Below, one piece after another: positions 42,129-52,595 of a DNA stretch of 64,000 bases (its first letter is position 1; every line of letters begins with the position of its first letter). A model generated the notes under the pieces. It searched no databases and was not told the DNA's origin. It saw only the letters and a list, made by a program, of their open reading frames with translations. Both the position numbers and the translations under genes were made by a program. Source of the DNA: Bacteroidota bacterium (GTDB lineage Bacteria > Bacteroidota > Ignavibacteria > Kapaibacteriales > UBA961); assembly GCA_049317525.1 (NCBI GenBank), contig JBMOIC010000010.1, forward strand, positions 125 to 64,124, in the 5' to 3' direction.

Positions 42129-43214
42129 TTATTCGATTTTATCTATCCATGCTTGATTATAACCTGCTTTTTTTGCAGCAGATTGTGCAGATTCTCTGCT
42201 TTCAAAACCACCAAAACGGACTCTATACCAATTTGCACCTCTATTTTTATACATACTGATATAGGCACTTGATTGACCTCTAGATTTTAATTTCTTCAAT
42301 GCTTCATTTGCATCATCTTTACTTGGAGTAGCATACACTTGTACCGAGTAAATACCTTTAACTGATGACTTTTTTGTCTCTTTATTGACTATTAAATCTT
42401 TATTTAATTTATTGATATCCTTCGATTTAGGACTTAATTTTTCTTCAGTCTTAGGATTGATCTTAGATGTAATTTTCTCTTTTAATGGTGTTGCTGGGTC
42501 TAAAAAGGTTTGTTTGATAATATCTGCTTTGCTATCATTTTTAACTTTATCTTCCTTTTTAGCAACAACTTTCACATCTTTCTGTACTATTTTATTCCTT
42601 TTACTCTTATCAGATTTACCCTTAGGAGATTGAGGTTTTTCTTGAATTTTTTCTTCAATCACAGGTTTATTATCAGATATTGATTCGGAAGAATTATTAT
42701 CTAAAGGTTTGCCTTGTGCTAATTCTGCTCTTGTGATAGAATCTTGAACTCTTGCTATAGAATCCTGAATAATTGTATTTCTTAGAATAACAACTTGAGA
42801 ATCAATCTCTATGAGATCGGGATTTGAGACTTCATTATTTTCAGTTTGTTCTGTAGTATCTATTACAATTTCAGGCTGACTTTTAGGTGAATCAGGAATC
42901 AAAAAGTAAATGAGTCCAGAAATCAATAAAATTGCTGCTATTACTTTGATCCAATTATTTCCAGAATTTTTTGGTGCTGGATTATCTGCAGACATCGTAC
43001 TTGATTCTGGATTTATATATGATATAAAGCCACCTTTTTTTTCAGAATTGATTGTACCTGAAAATGGCTTATCTTGATTTTGTTCAGAATTCATAGAACT
43101 TTTTCCTTTTGATGAATTTTTAGACGAACCAGAACCGGAAAATGTTTGTCCATCCGAATCATCAAATCCTCCGAAATTATTGGGATTTGTATTTGGGTTT
43201 ATATCATCATTCAT
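42129..43214 (-). CDS. SPOR domain-containing membrane protein
   Basis: It has a single TM helix and a long disordered K/E/P-rich linker. The C-terminal SPOR-like domain is YSVQVYATPSKDDANEALKKLKSRG...NWYRVRFGGFESRESAQSA. Confidence 0.6.
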   Translation of the reverse strand: MNDDINPNTNPNNFGGFDDSDGQTFSGSGSSKNSSKGKSSMNSEQNQDKPFSGTINSEKKGGFISYINPESSTMSADNPAPKNSGNNWIKVIAAILLISGLIYFLIPDSPKSQPEIVIDTTEQTENNEVSNPDLIEIDSQVVILRNTIIQDSIARVQDSITRAELAQGKPLDNNSSESISDNKPVIEEKIQEKPQSPKGKSDKSKRNKIVQKDVKVVAKKEDKVKNDSKADIIKQTFLDPATPLKEKITSKINPKTEEKLSPKSKDINKLNKDLIVNKETKKSSVKGIYSVQVYATPSKDDANEALKKLKSRGQSSAYISMYKNRGANWYRVRFGGFESRESAQSAAKKAGYNQAWIDKIE

Positions 43215-43233
43215 ATGCAGCCATTCAGTTTAA

Positions 43234-44835
43234 TTAAAGGGAATATTTTAGGCCTAATGCTATAAAAATGCCACGTTCCTGAAAACCATTCCACAAATAT
43301 ACTTTTGAATTTAATATATTATCTAATCGAATATATCCTTTCATATTATATGGCAAAGCATAATTGCATTGCAGATTTACCATGAAATATGCTGGTAGAG
43401 AAATTGTAGACTGTTTATCAATTGATCTTTCGCCAATATACTCTGCAGAAAATACACTTTGTATATCATTATTCCACTTCATATCCCATGTAATTCCAGC
43501 TTTTATTGTCGGTAATAATGGAACTGAACCCTCAAAATCAGATAATTGACTATTAGTAAAAGCACATAATCCACTAAATGACATAGCATCATTGGGTTTC
43601 CATAATAACTCAGAGGAAAGTGTTAATATTCGAGCACCTACATATTCTATTGCATATCCAGAGTATGTATTTCTTTCTAATGAATTTGGGATATAAATAG
43701 GCATATCTGAACTGAGCCTATAATCAATTGATGTATGTATGCTTGTTTTGGCTGTTGGTTGATACATGAATGATGGTTTTATATGTATGATATCTCTTCT
43801 AAATGAAATTACTGAAGAATCGATGATATATGGATTATTCTGGACTATGTCTTGAAATGAATTTGCACTTAATCCGCTTTGTAAAAAGCCAAAAAGGGTT
43901 ATATCTTCAGACATTTGATAATGCGCATTATACGTAATAAGTACTCCACCTAATGTAATATCTAGAGAATTTGTAGCTGATTGAAGATCTACGGATATAT
44001 CTGATTGAATGTCATTGTATGTAAACTTAGTATATCCACCTAATTGTATCATATTATATGATGAGTTTTCTCGGAATGAATGTAAATCAACAGAAGCTTT
44101 AGCCCCATAATTCATTGTTCCAAATGGTCTTGAAATATCTAAAAATCCCATAATTCTTGCATCATTGGTTTGCTTCATATTTGTTTCGCATTGAAGCATA
44201 TTCCACTCAGCGCCTGTGCTGTAGGTATATTCCTGATAATTTCCTTTAGTATGTGCATGTGCTTTTACGCCTAGAATCGATCGATCTACAGAAGAATCCA
44301 TTCCAAAAAAGGAATAACCATTTCTGAATACCGATAAAGAAGATTCAGTTCTGCTGCCTCCAAAGAAAATGAACTTTTTAGGAGCATCATAACTTGCATT
44401 GATTGCTAGCTTTACTTTGCTATAATCAGCATTTTGAATATGCCCTTTACTTCCTTCATAATATCCTAATGCATCAACCGAATATCCTAATTCTTCAAAT
44501 GTATATAATCCAATTAATTTTGGAGTATAAAATTGGCCAAGTTCAGCTTGAACAGAGGTTGATGATATATTTTTTTTGAATGTACTTTTTGGTAATGTTA
44601 ACGCTGACAATAAAGGTGCTGGTATTTTTTCATTCGTATTTATTGAATCTAATTCTGTTTGTTTAAGTGATTGTGGTTTTAAAGGCTTTTGTTTAATTCC
44701 ACCTTTTATCTCTGCACTCGCTTTGCCAGTGATAACAAATTCTTGTAAATCAATAGGTTGAACAGCATTATTTTGACCTTGTTGTTGAGCACAAAGAACT
44801 ATAGGAAATACCATACATATTATGAATAGTTTCAT
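43234..44835 (-). CDS. hypothetical outer-membrane beta-barrel protein
   Basis: It has a signal peptide (MKLFIICMVFPIVLCAQQ) and an alternating amphipathic beta-strand pattern. No catalytic motifs were seen. Confidence 0.4.
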   Translation of the reverse strand: MKLFIICMVFPIVLCAQQQGQNNAVQPIDLQEFVITGKASAEIKGGIKQKPLKPQSLKQTELDSINTNEKIPAPLLSALTLPKSTFKKNISSTSVQAELGQFYTPKLIGLYTFEELGYSVDALGYYEGSKGHIQNADYSKVKLAINASYDAPKKFIFFGGSRTESSLSVFRNGYSFFGMDSSVDRSILGVKAHAHTKGNYQEYTYSTGAEWNMLQCETNMKQTNDARIMGFLDISRPFGTMNYGAKASVDLHSFRENSSYNMIQLGGYTKFTYNDIQSDISVDLQSATNSLDITLGGVLITYNAHYQMSEDITLFGFLQSGLSANSFQDIVQNNPYIIDSSVISFRRDIIHIKPSFMYQPTAKTSIHTSIDYRLSSDMPIYIPNSLERNTYSGYAIEYVGARILTLSSELLWKPNDAMSFSGLCAFTNSQLSDFEGSVPLLPTIKAGITWDMKWNNDIQSVFSAEYIGERSIDKQSTISLPAYFMVNLQCNYALPYNMKGYIRLDNILNSKVYLWNGFQERGIFIALGLKYSL

Positions 44836-47800
44836 TATCGGACCCTCCCATATTTCTTAAGTTTTGCTTGCGCTGCTTTTCCAAAATCATCATCTGCCCT
44901 AAGTGTTGATAGTGTTTGATAGACTTCAATTGCTGCTTCAATATTTTTTACTTGTTCATAGCTTTCGCCTAATCCAAGTAAAGACAATGTAAACCAATCT
45001 TCAATATTGCTAAACTTTTGTCTTACTTGATTAAATGCTTCTATTGCATTTCCTATTTCTTTTTGTTTCAGCCATGATTCACCTATTCTATATTGGGCTT
45101 CGGCTGCAATTGAAATATTTTCGAGTCTATCAATAAGCTTTCCAAAATGTACTCTTGCACTATCTAACATTCCTTTTGATCTATAGTACATAGCTATCTT
45201 ATATCTTGACTGATCACCATATTCAGAGCTAATAAACTTGTCAGCAATTTCTGTAAATAAACGTAAGGACTTAAGTGTATCTGTTAGTGACACAGCAATT
45301 TGGGCTCTTTCATATCCAGCTTGAGCTGCTGAATTGCTATTCGGGAATTCATCCATTAACTTGATAAATGCTGTGTCGGCATCCCTCAGTAATTGAGATT
45401 TTTGCTTGAGCAATCCTATTTCAAGTAATGCCAAAGGTGCAAATTCACTTTTTGAATATGATGCATACACATCTTTATAAGAAGATTCTGCTTTGGAAGA
45501 TTCACCCAAACTAGCATAACTTTTTCCTAAATAGAACAAAGCTTCGGCATTTCTTTCTTTATCATTATTCGATTTCAAAAACGATTCATATTCACTAATT
45601 GCGCTTTGAAAATTTTGTCTATTAAAAAAGCTCAATCCTTTATTCATCAGTAAATCTTTAGCTGCATCGGACTCAGGATGTGCTTTTACAAATTCATCTA
45701 CTATCTGGTCTGCTTCTTGATTTCTTCCCAAAAATTCCAAACAATACTGAATACTTTTAACTGATTCGCCCGCTAATGGTGATTGAGCATATGAGTTTTT
45801 AACAATTGAATATTCTGTGATTGCTTTTTCATATTGCTCCATATTATAATAAGCATCCCCAATAGTATAATGGGCTCTTGCACATAATGGACTAGATGGA
45901 TAAGAGCTAATCAAATCTTTTAAGTCTTCAATTGCTTCTGAATATTTTTTTTGCTGAAAATGCGTCCAACCTAATGAATATGATGCAGAAGGAGCCAAAG
46001 ATGACTTTGAATGAGATCGTATAAATGTCCTAAATGCTTGCAATGCCCCATCAAAATCATTTAATCTATATAAAGCTTGTCCATATTGATATGCAGAATA
46101 CTGCCCTTCTTCGGAATTTGGTAAGGCCTTATATGAGGCTTTATATGCAATAGAAGATTCTTTAAATTGTTTTTGGATATAAAATCCATCAGCCTTTCTT
46201 GCCCAACTTTCTGCTGCAAACCGTGAATCTGGATATTTCTTTAATAATGAAGAAAATGCCGTATTGCTTTTATTGAAATCTCTTGTCCTAAAATATGTCC
46301 AAGCTAATGCATACATACTTTCTTCAACTCTTTTGCTCTTTGGAAAATCTGAAATCAATTGATTGTAAAATTCTTCGGCATTTTTCAATAAATCTAATCT
46401 GAAATATGACTCAGCCAACCAAAACAATGCTTCATCTTTGCGTATATCACTTTTATGTTCACCTAAAAATGTAGAAAGTTCAATTGCAGCATCTTGATAT
46501 TGTTCATTTTGATGTAGTGATACTCCATTTTTCAATCTAATTTCTGCTAATATATTTTCTTTATTGGGTAATGAAATATCAGAAAGTATTATTGCATTTC
46601 TTTCAGCTGATGCATATTCTCTGGCTGCCTTACCATACATTTCTAAATCTAAAAATATACTTCCAAGTAATAGATTAATCTTAACAAGTACTGTTTTGTC
46701 GGTGGTTTCTCTTTCTGCTTTCTGCAAAGCTTTTTTTGCTATTTCTAAATCTTTATCTTCATAGGCAATTTGCCCATATTCTAATAAAGATTGAGATATA
46801 TATGGATATCCAATTTGTGCATTTAATAATGACAATTCTTTTTTTGCTTCTTCCCTTTTTTGTAATGCCTTGAGTACTATTGCATGATATAACTTTGCAC
46901 CTTGCTTAATCAAGGATTGATCATCTTGAACCGAATCAATTACTGTTTGATAATATTGTTCTGCTAATTGATACTCTTTTAAGTGTAGTGTATTATAGCC
47001 AGCAGCCAGCCATACTTGGGGTTTCAAAGAAGAGGAAGGAAATATTCGTATAAATTCTTTAGCCATACTATGGCTACTTTGGTATTGCCCCGATAATGTA
47101 AGTGCTTCTATACGCAAAAATTGTATTTCTTGATCAGATGCTTCAGAATGCACTTGTTTTTCATACATCAATCCAATTGAATCTTTTTGTGATATTCGAC
47201 GTACAATATTATGAGCTTGATCTAAGAATACAATTGCTGCATTAGGTTCTTTTAATGCTACTTTTACATTTGCTGCACGAATCGCAGAACTTAAAACTGT
47301 ATTACTATATTGATATCTACTTAATAGCTCAGCATATAAAACACCTGCTTGCTGAGATTTTAGCTCTCTTTCGGCTAATTGAGCCCTAAAATATAATGCA
47401 TCATCAGCTAATGAATGATCAGGAAATAGTTTTTGACACTCTGTAAGAAAAACTACCGACTGTTCTATATTCCCTAATTTCGCATGAGCTATACCTTTCC
47501 AATAAATTGCAGACCCACTTATATTTTTATAATAATTTTTATCAGTTTCTAATAGTTTATTAGCATTCATTGAAGCTTGATGAAAGTAATCTATAGAAAT
47601 TACTAAATCTCCTTTATGAAATGCTATTGCTGCACGCTCGAACCATGCAATGGGTATAAACTTAGAATTGTTTCTTTGTTGTATAAAATCAGCTAAAGAC
47701 TTATCTGCATAAGAATAATCAGCTTGCTCCCTCAAAATGATGGCTTGTAATATCCTAGCTTCGTCTGAGTATATCCCATCACTAAAATCTTTTAGGTATG

Positions 47801-47960
47801 TTCTTATATGTTCCCTTGATTCAATAAGATTTCCTTCTTGAAGCAAAGCATCAGTTTGCAATAGACTCTTAGGCCCATAAGAAATTTGTGGGTCTGCAAT
47901 TTGACTGTTTGCAATAACATGCACTAATGCAAACATTGCCGAAAAAAGCAATCGTTTCAT
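44835..47960 (-). CDS. large tetratricopeptide-repeat (TPR) protein, secreted
   Basis: About 1040 aa from the probable start MKRLLFSAMFALV. There are dozens of 34-aa TPR-like repeats with the W/L-G-Y-A-F-P pattern. The signal peptide lacks a lipobox Cys. Confidence 0.7.
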   Translation of the reverse strand: MKRLLFSAMFALVHVIANSQIADPQISYGPKSLLQTDALLQEGNLIESREHIRTYLKDFSDGIYSDEARILQAIILREQADYSYADKSLADFIQQRNNSKFIPIAWFERAAIAFHKGDLVISIDYFHQASMNANKLLETDKNYYKNISGSAIYWKGIAHAKLGNIEQSVVFLTECQKLFPDHSLADDALYFRAQLAERELKSQQAGVLYAELLSRYQYSNTVLSSAIRAANVKVALKEPNAAIVFLDQAHNIVRRISQKDSIGLMYEKQVHSEASDQEIQFLRIEALTLSGQYQSSHSMAKEFIRIFPSSSLKPQVWLAAGYNTLHLKEYQLAEQYYQTVIDSVQDDQSLIKQGAKLYHAIVLKALQKREEAKKELSLLNAQIGYPYISQSLLEYGQIAYEDKDLEIAKKALQKAERETTDKTVLVKINLLLGSIFLDLEMYGKAAREYASAERNAIILSDISLPNKENILAEIRLKNGVSLHQNEQYQDAAIELSTFLGEHKSDIRKDEALFWLAESYFRLDLLKNAEEFYNQLISDFPKSKRVEESMYALAWTYFRTRDFNKSNTAFSSLLKKYPDSRFAAESWARKADGFYIQKQFKESSIAYKASYKALPNSEEGQYSAYQYGQALYRLNDFDGALQAFRTFIRSHSKSSLAPSASYSLGWTHFQQKKYSEAIEDLKDLISSYPSSPLCARAHYTIGDAYYNMEQYEKAITEYSIVKNSYAQSPLAGESVKSIQYCLEFLGRNQEADQIVDEFVKAHPESDAAKDLLMNKGLSFFNRQNFQSAISEYESFLKSNNDKERNAEALFYLGKSYASLGESSKAESSYKDVYASYSKSEFAPLALLEIGLLKQKSQLLRDADTAFIKLMDEFPNSNSAAQAGYERAQIAVSLTDTLKSLRLFTEIADKFISSEYGDQSRYKIAMYYRSKGMLDSARVHFGKLIDRLENISIAAEAQYRIGESWLKQKEIGNAIEAFNQVRQKFSNIEDWFTLSLLGLGESYEQVKNIEAAIEVYQTLSTLRADDDFGKAAQAKLKKYGRVR

Positions 47961-48082
47961 AGATGTTTCGTGGGGATGGATATATGCTGCATTCCAAAAA
48001 TACAAATATCTTTAGTATTAAAAACACTGTTTTTTTAAGATACTAAGCAAATAATTTTTTTCTATGTAAAAATGTACAATAG

Positions 48083-48940
48083 TTAAAGAGATAGATCTAT
48101 ATTACCCATATTTCCTGCATGATAATCATCAATTGCTTGATTGATTTCATTGAAAGAATTCATCACAAATGGGCCCCGAGCTACAATTGGTTCATGATAT
48201 GGAATTCCATATCCAAAAAGGATTTCAGTCCCTTCTGAAGCATCAATAATTATTGTATAACCTTTATCATTGAATTGTATAAGTGAATGCTGCTTGATAT
48301 GTTCATTTTGAATCTGAACATTTCCTTTTTTTACATAAAAAAGAATAGATGAAGATTCAGGTACTTGAAGCTGAATATGTGTGTTTTCTAAAATTGATAT
48401 TGTTGATAAAAAAATATCGGTTATAGAAATAACAGGACTTTGTACCGAATGATAGGTACCACTTATCAATTTCATTATAGCATGGGGATTCAAAGATATC
48501 AATGGTAATTGCTCTGATTGAATACCCTGATATACAGGAGGAGTCATTTTTAGGGAAGATGGCAAATTAATCCATAATTGGATAATTTCTAATTCACCGC
48601 CATTCTCTTTAAATGATTCAGATACATTTTCAGAATGAATGATTCCCGAACCAGCTGTCATCCACTGAATACCCCCAGTACGAATAATACTTGAAGTTCC
48701 TAATGAATCTTTATGCTCGATATCACCATGATAAATGATAGTTACTGTTTCAAATCCCCGATGAGGATGTGGCCCAAAAGGTAATTCGAATCCTTTTTCA
48801 CATTGCATTGGTCCATGATGATGTAATAATACAAATGGATCAATATCTTTTATAGCGGTGGATGGCAAAGGTTGTTTCATCTGCAATCCACCTTCATTAA
48901 TAATCTTGGATTGCTCTATTTTTTTTATTGTTCTTATCAT
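48083..48940 (-). CDS. pirin family protein
   Basis: The cupin metal-site motifs HPHRGFETVT..YHGD..H.DS.G are present. Confidence 0.85.
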   Translation of the reverse strand: MIRTIKKIEQSKIINEGGLQMKQPLPSTAIKDIDPFVLLHHHGPMQCEKGFELPFGPHPHRGFETVTIIYHGDIEHKDSLGTSSIIRTGGIQWMTAGSGIIHSENVSESFKENGGELEIIQLWINLPSSLKMTPPVYQGIQSEQLPLISLNPHAIMKLISGTYHSVQSPVISITDIFLSTISILENTHIQLQVPESSSILFYVKKGNVQIQNEHIKQHSLIQFNDKGYTIIIDASEGTEILFGYGIPYHEPIVARGPFVMNSFNEINQAIDDYHAGNMGNIDLSL

Positions 48941-49905
48941 AGTGGATTGTCTTTTGGATTATTGCTTTTTAGCGCTTCCGCATTTCTTTTCAAACCTGCA
49001 AGCTTAGTTCTTTTAATCGGACTTTTTTTAAATCTAGTCGAAAATTCTTCTTGTGTCATAGATACGATTGCATCTAGCGACAAGGACATCTCATTATTTC
49101 TTGGGAATAACAATTCTTTATTTGTTTCTTTTTGGAATGAATTCCACGGGCACACTTCTTGGCATATATCACATCCAAATACCCACTGTTGTAGATTTTC
49201 TGATATGGCATCAGGAATTTGTATATCTGGCTTCGATTCAATTGTCCAATACGATATGCATTTTGTTGCATCAACTTTGTATGGTTCAATAATCGCATTT
49301 GTTGGGCATGCATCGATACAAGCGGTACATGTTCCACAATAATCAGTGATTTGTTTGCTTGCTGATAGTTTAATTGTAGAGATTATTACCCCTATAAAAA
49401 ACCAAGATCCTATTGCTCGATTAATGATATTTGAATGTTTTCCTTGCCAGCCAAGTCCTGCTTTAACTGCCCATTGTTTTTCTAATATTGGGCCAGTATC
49501 AACATAAAATTTATGCTGGGAATTGGGTACTAATTCAGTAAGCTCTTTCGATAATGATTGCATCATTGCTGGTAATATTTCATGATAATCTGTACCCCAA
49601 GCATATCGAGATATTTTCCCTTGTGTAGAATCATCTTTGTGCTGAATATCTGTATAATAATTTAGTCCAACTACAATAACAGATTCTGCCTCTGGTAAAA
49701 TAAGTGTAATATCTTTTCTTTTCTCTTGCTGAGTGGCCATATACCCCATTGAACCATGATAGCCAGCATTAATCCACTCCTGAAAATGAGAAAATTCTTG
49801 ATTGAATTCTTCTACATCGGCAATGCCAACCAGATCGAAACCTATTGATATAGCTTTTTCTTTAATGAATTCCGAATATTGCTCAATTGATGTATCAGAA
49901 AACAT
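48937..49905 (-). CDS. queG: epoxyqueuosine reductase
   Basis: There are two 4Fe-4S ferredoxin motifs (CGTCTACIDACPTNAI, CDICQEVCPWN). The HEAT-like C-terminus typical of QueG is present. Confidence 0.8.
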   Translation of the reverse strand: MFSDTSIEQYSEFIKEKAISIGFDLVGIADVEEFNQEFSHFQEWINAGYHGSMGYMATQQEKRKDITLILPEAESVIVVGLNYYTDIQHKDDSTQGKISRYAWGTDYHEILPAMMQSLSKELTELVPNSQHKFYVDTGPILEKQWAVKAGLGWQGKHSNIINRAIGSWFFIGVIISTIKLSASKQITDYCGTCTACIDACPTNAIIEPYKVDATKCISYWTIESKPDIQIPDAISENLQQWVFGCDICQEVCPWNSFQKETNKELLFPRNNEMSLSLDAIVSMTQEEFSTRFKKSPIKRTKLAGLKRNAEALKSNNPKDNPL

Positions 49906-49917
49906 ATAATGTCCCCA

Positions 49918-50337
49918 TCAGAAATTTTCCAACCATAATGGACGAGTTTTTTTTGGTTGTTCTAACCACACTAATCCTTCATCTTCAAATATATGATATG
50001 TAAGTAATCGTGCATTACTTCCTAATGCTTTGCCAGATTCTAGTGAATATATCCATCCATGTAGTGGACATGTCACTGTTTTTTCTTCCAAAAATCCATT
50101 GCATATTACAGCTGCATATTGATGTGGACATATATTAGAAACAGCAAATAATTGATGATTGTCTCTGAATACAGCTATTTGGACATCTTCATCAAAATAG
50201 AAATTTTTTCCTTTTTGGGGAAAGATATCACCAGATTTACACAATTGAATATACTGCTTATCGTGAAATATTCCTTTTTGATATATTCCAATTGATTGTT
50301 CAAACTCAATATTGTCTTCATTATCATATGCATTCAC
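49918..50337 (-). CDS. Rieske [2Fe-2S] domain protein (NirD-like)
   Basis: The Rieske ligand pattern CPHQ...CPLHGW is present. Confidence 0.6.
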   Translation of the reverse strand: MNAYDNEDNIEFEQSIGIYQKGIFHDKQYIQLCKSGDIFPQKGKNFYFDEDVQIAVFRDNHQLFAVSNICPHQYAAVICNGFLEEKTVTCPLHGWIYSLESGKALGSNARLLTYHIFEDEGLVWLEQPKKTRPLWLENF

Positions 50338-50338
50338 A

Positions 50339-51199
50339 TTATAACTCCACTTTTTCTGCTAATGCAAAACCTTTATCAGTATGCTTTATGTTACCTGCCG
50401 GAACAAATGCATCGTGCTCAAAGCATATTATCCATTTTTCTTCTACTGCTTTAGTTAAAATCTTATGTTTTTCTTCCATAGATGTTAAAGGGAAATTATC
50501 ATAACCCATAACATATGGCACTGGAATATGTGCTGCTGTAGGCAATAAATCTGCAGGAAATATTAAGGTTTGAATATCATCGGTAACTGTAATCATTTGT
50601 AAAGCTTGCGTATGGCCATGCAATGTTTGCACAGATAAACCTGGAAATAATTCGCCAGGACCATCTAATATCTCCATCATTCCATTGTGTATAATAGGCT
50701 CCCAGTTTTCTGGCATAAAAGAAGCTTTATCTTTATCTGTGGGATTTCTTGCCCATAACAGATGATCTTTTTGTACATAATGTTTTGCATTCGGAAACAT
50801 CGGCACAATTTCTCCCGTTTCTGTTCGATAGGTAGAACCACCCGAATGATCAAAATGTAAATGAGTAAATATTACATCAGTAATATCCTGTGCTTTTAAA
50901 TTATGAATTTCTAAAGATGCCTGAATGGAAGCTCTTGTATAATCAACATTATAAATATTTTGTAGTTTTAATGGCATTTTACTACCACATCCAGTATCTA
51001 CAATAATTCTTCTATCTTCATATTGAATAAGCAAACCCCTTGCTGTCATCGGAATGCGATTTAATTCATCACCAGAATTATATGCCTTAGACCACAAAGG
51101 TTTTGGAACAACTCCAAACATTGCACCACCATCTAATGCAAAATCACCTGTTTCAAAATGCTGTATAGTAAACTTTCCTATCTTCATATTAATCAACAA
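50339..51199 (-). CDS. MBL-fold metallo-hydrolase
   Basis: The beta-lactamase-fold zinc motif is THLHFDHSGG. Confidence 0.7.
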   Translation of the reverse strand: MLINMKIGKFTIQHFETGDFALDGGAMFGVVPKPLWSKAYNSGDELNRIPMTARGLLIQYEDRRIIVDTGCGSKMPLKLQNIYNVDYTRASIQASLEIHNLKAQDITDVIFTHLHFDHSGGSTYRTETGEIVPMFPNAKHYVQKDHLLWARNPTDKDKASFMPENWEPIIHNGMMEILDGPGELFPGLSVQTLHGHTQALQMITVTDDIQTLIFPADLLPTAAHIPVPYVMGYDNFPLTSMEEKHKILTKAVEEKWIICFEHDAFVPAGNIKHTDKGFALAEKVEL

Positions 51200-52595
51200 G
51201 ATACTGTGTTTGTATAAATCTTTTATCTAATAATTGTTTTTCTGCTGATTCTGCTTTTTCAAAATTAAACTTGTTGTATTCTGCTATACAATACGATTGA
51301 ATTTCTTGCAATCCAGGATTATTGATACTGCCAATATGAGTAGTATTCATATGCTTTGGCTTCTGATACTCTCCTTGTTGAACTTTTTGTCCAATCTGCA
51401 TATAAGCTTCTCTAAAAGAAATCCCTTGTTGAACTAATTCATTTACTGAATCAACTGTATACATCAGTTCATATTTTTTATCTTGAGTAATACCTTGATG
51501 ATAAGAACTATTCTGTAATGCTATTGTTAATAAAGACATACATGTTGATAATTCTGTAAAAGCAGGAAAAAGTATTTCTTTTGTTATTTGATAATCTCTG
51601 TGATATCCCGAGGGTAAATTTGTAGTAATTCCACTAATTTCTACATGAATAGCACTAATTCGATTACATTTAGCTCTGATTAACTCGAAAACATCTGGAT
51701 TTTTTTTATGAGGCATGATACTAGAGCCTGTTGTAAACTCTTGCGGTAATGACATAAATCCGAAGTTTTGACTAGTATATAAAGTTATATCCATTGCCAT
51801 TTTACTAATACTTTGGGCAATTCCCGAGAGTGCTCTAGAAACAATTAATTCACTTTTGCCTCTTGTCATTTGAGCATAAACAGAACTTATATTAAGTCCT
51901 TCAAAACCAAGTAAATCTGTTGTTAATGTTCTATCTAAGGGGAATGATGAACCATATCCTGCAGCACTTCCTAATGGATTTCTATTCACAAATCTATATG
52001 CTGATTGAACAGTAAGTAAATCATCGGTTAGTGATTCAGCATAAGCTCCAAACCATAAACCAAATGAAGATGGCATCGCAATTTGCAGATGTGTATATCC
52101 CGGAATAATGATATCCTTGTATTGATCTCCAAGTTGTAATAAAGACATAACAGCATCTTTAACATTACTTGCAAGATGAAAAAGTTGATGTCTTAGGAAC
52201 AGTTTTATATCCAATAAAGATTGATCATTTCTAGATCTTCCTGTATGAATTCTTTTACCTGCTTCACCAATTTTCTTTGTAAGAACTAATTCTACCCAAG
52301 AATGAATATCTTCACATGATTGGTCAATTGTAAATTCTTCTTGTACTACAATATGATATAATTCATGTAAAACAGACACAATAGATGAGAGCTCAGATCC
52401 GCTAATTAGTCCTGTTTTTTTCAACATTATTGCATGAGCAATTGAACCAAGTATATCGTATGGTGCTAAAAATACATCGAATTCTAAGTCTTTACCAATG
52501 GTAAATGCTTCGATTTCTTTATGAACAGAATATCCTTTATCCCATAGTTTCATAGAATGATTATCAGTAAACGAAGTGATATTTACTTTTTCCAT
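51189..52595 (-). CDS. argH: argininosuccinate lyase
   Basis: The fumarase/aspartase family signature is GSSIMPHKKNPD. The N-terminus KLWDKGY...FTIG.D...D..LA.YD..GSIAHA.ML matches the ArgH pattern. Confidence 0.75.
   Translation of the reverse strand: MEKVNITSFTDNHSMKLWDKGYSVHKEIEAFTIGKDLEFDVFLAPYDILGSIAHAIMLKKTGLISGSELSSIVSVLHELYHIVVQEEFTIDQSCEDIHSWVELVLTKKIGEAGKRIHTGRSRNDQSLLDIKLFLRHQLFHLASNVKDAVMSLLQLGDQYKDIIIPGYTHLQIAMPSSFGLWFGAYAESLTDDLLTVQSAYRFVNRNPLGSAAGYGSSFPLDRTLTTDLLGFEGLNISSVYAQMTRGKSELIVSRALSGIAQSISKMAMDITLYTSQNFGFMSLPQEFTTGSSIMPHKKNPDVFELIRAKCNRISAIHVEISGITTNLPSGYHRDYQITKEILFPAFTELSTCMSLLTIALQNSSYHQGITQDKKYELMYTVDSVNELVQQGISFREAYMQIGQKVQQGEYQKPKHMNTTHIGSINNPGLQEIQSYCIAEYNKFNFEKAESAEKQLLDKRFIQTQYLVD

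Noticed and set aside
39306-42633. Plus-strand ORFs 39306..39659, 40502..40840, 41584..42111 and 42385..42633 opposite GT2, ugd, TonB and SPOR genes
   Set aside because: They are antisense to supported genes. The 41584..42111 frame mirrors the Gly/Pro-rich linker of TonB (P/L/S-rich), a typical mirror-frame artefact.
48006-48082. AAAAACACTGTTTTTTT palindrome as a terminator for pirin
   Set aside because: The stem is made only of A-T pairs around a CACTG core. It is too weak to call an intrinsic terminator, and is more likely just the AT-rich promoter region of the TPR operon.
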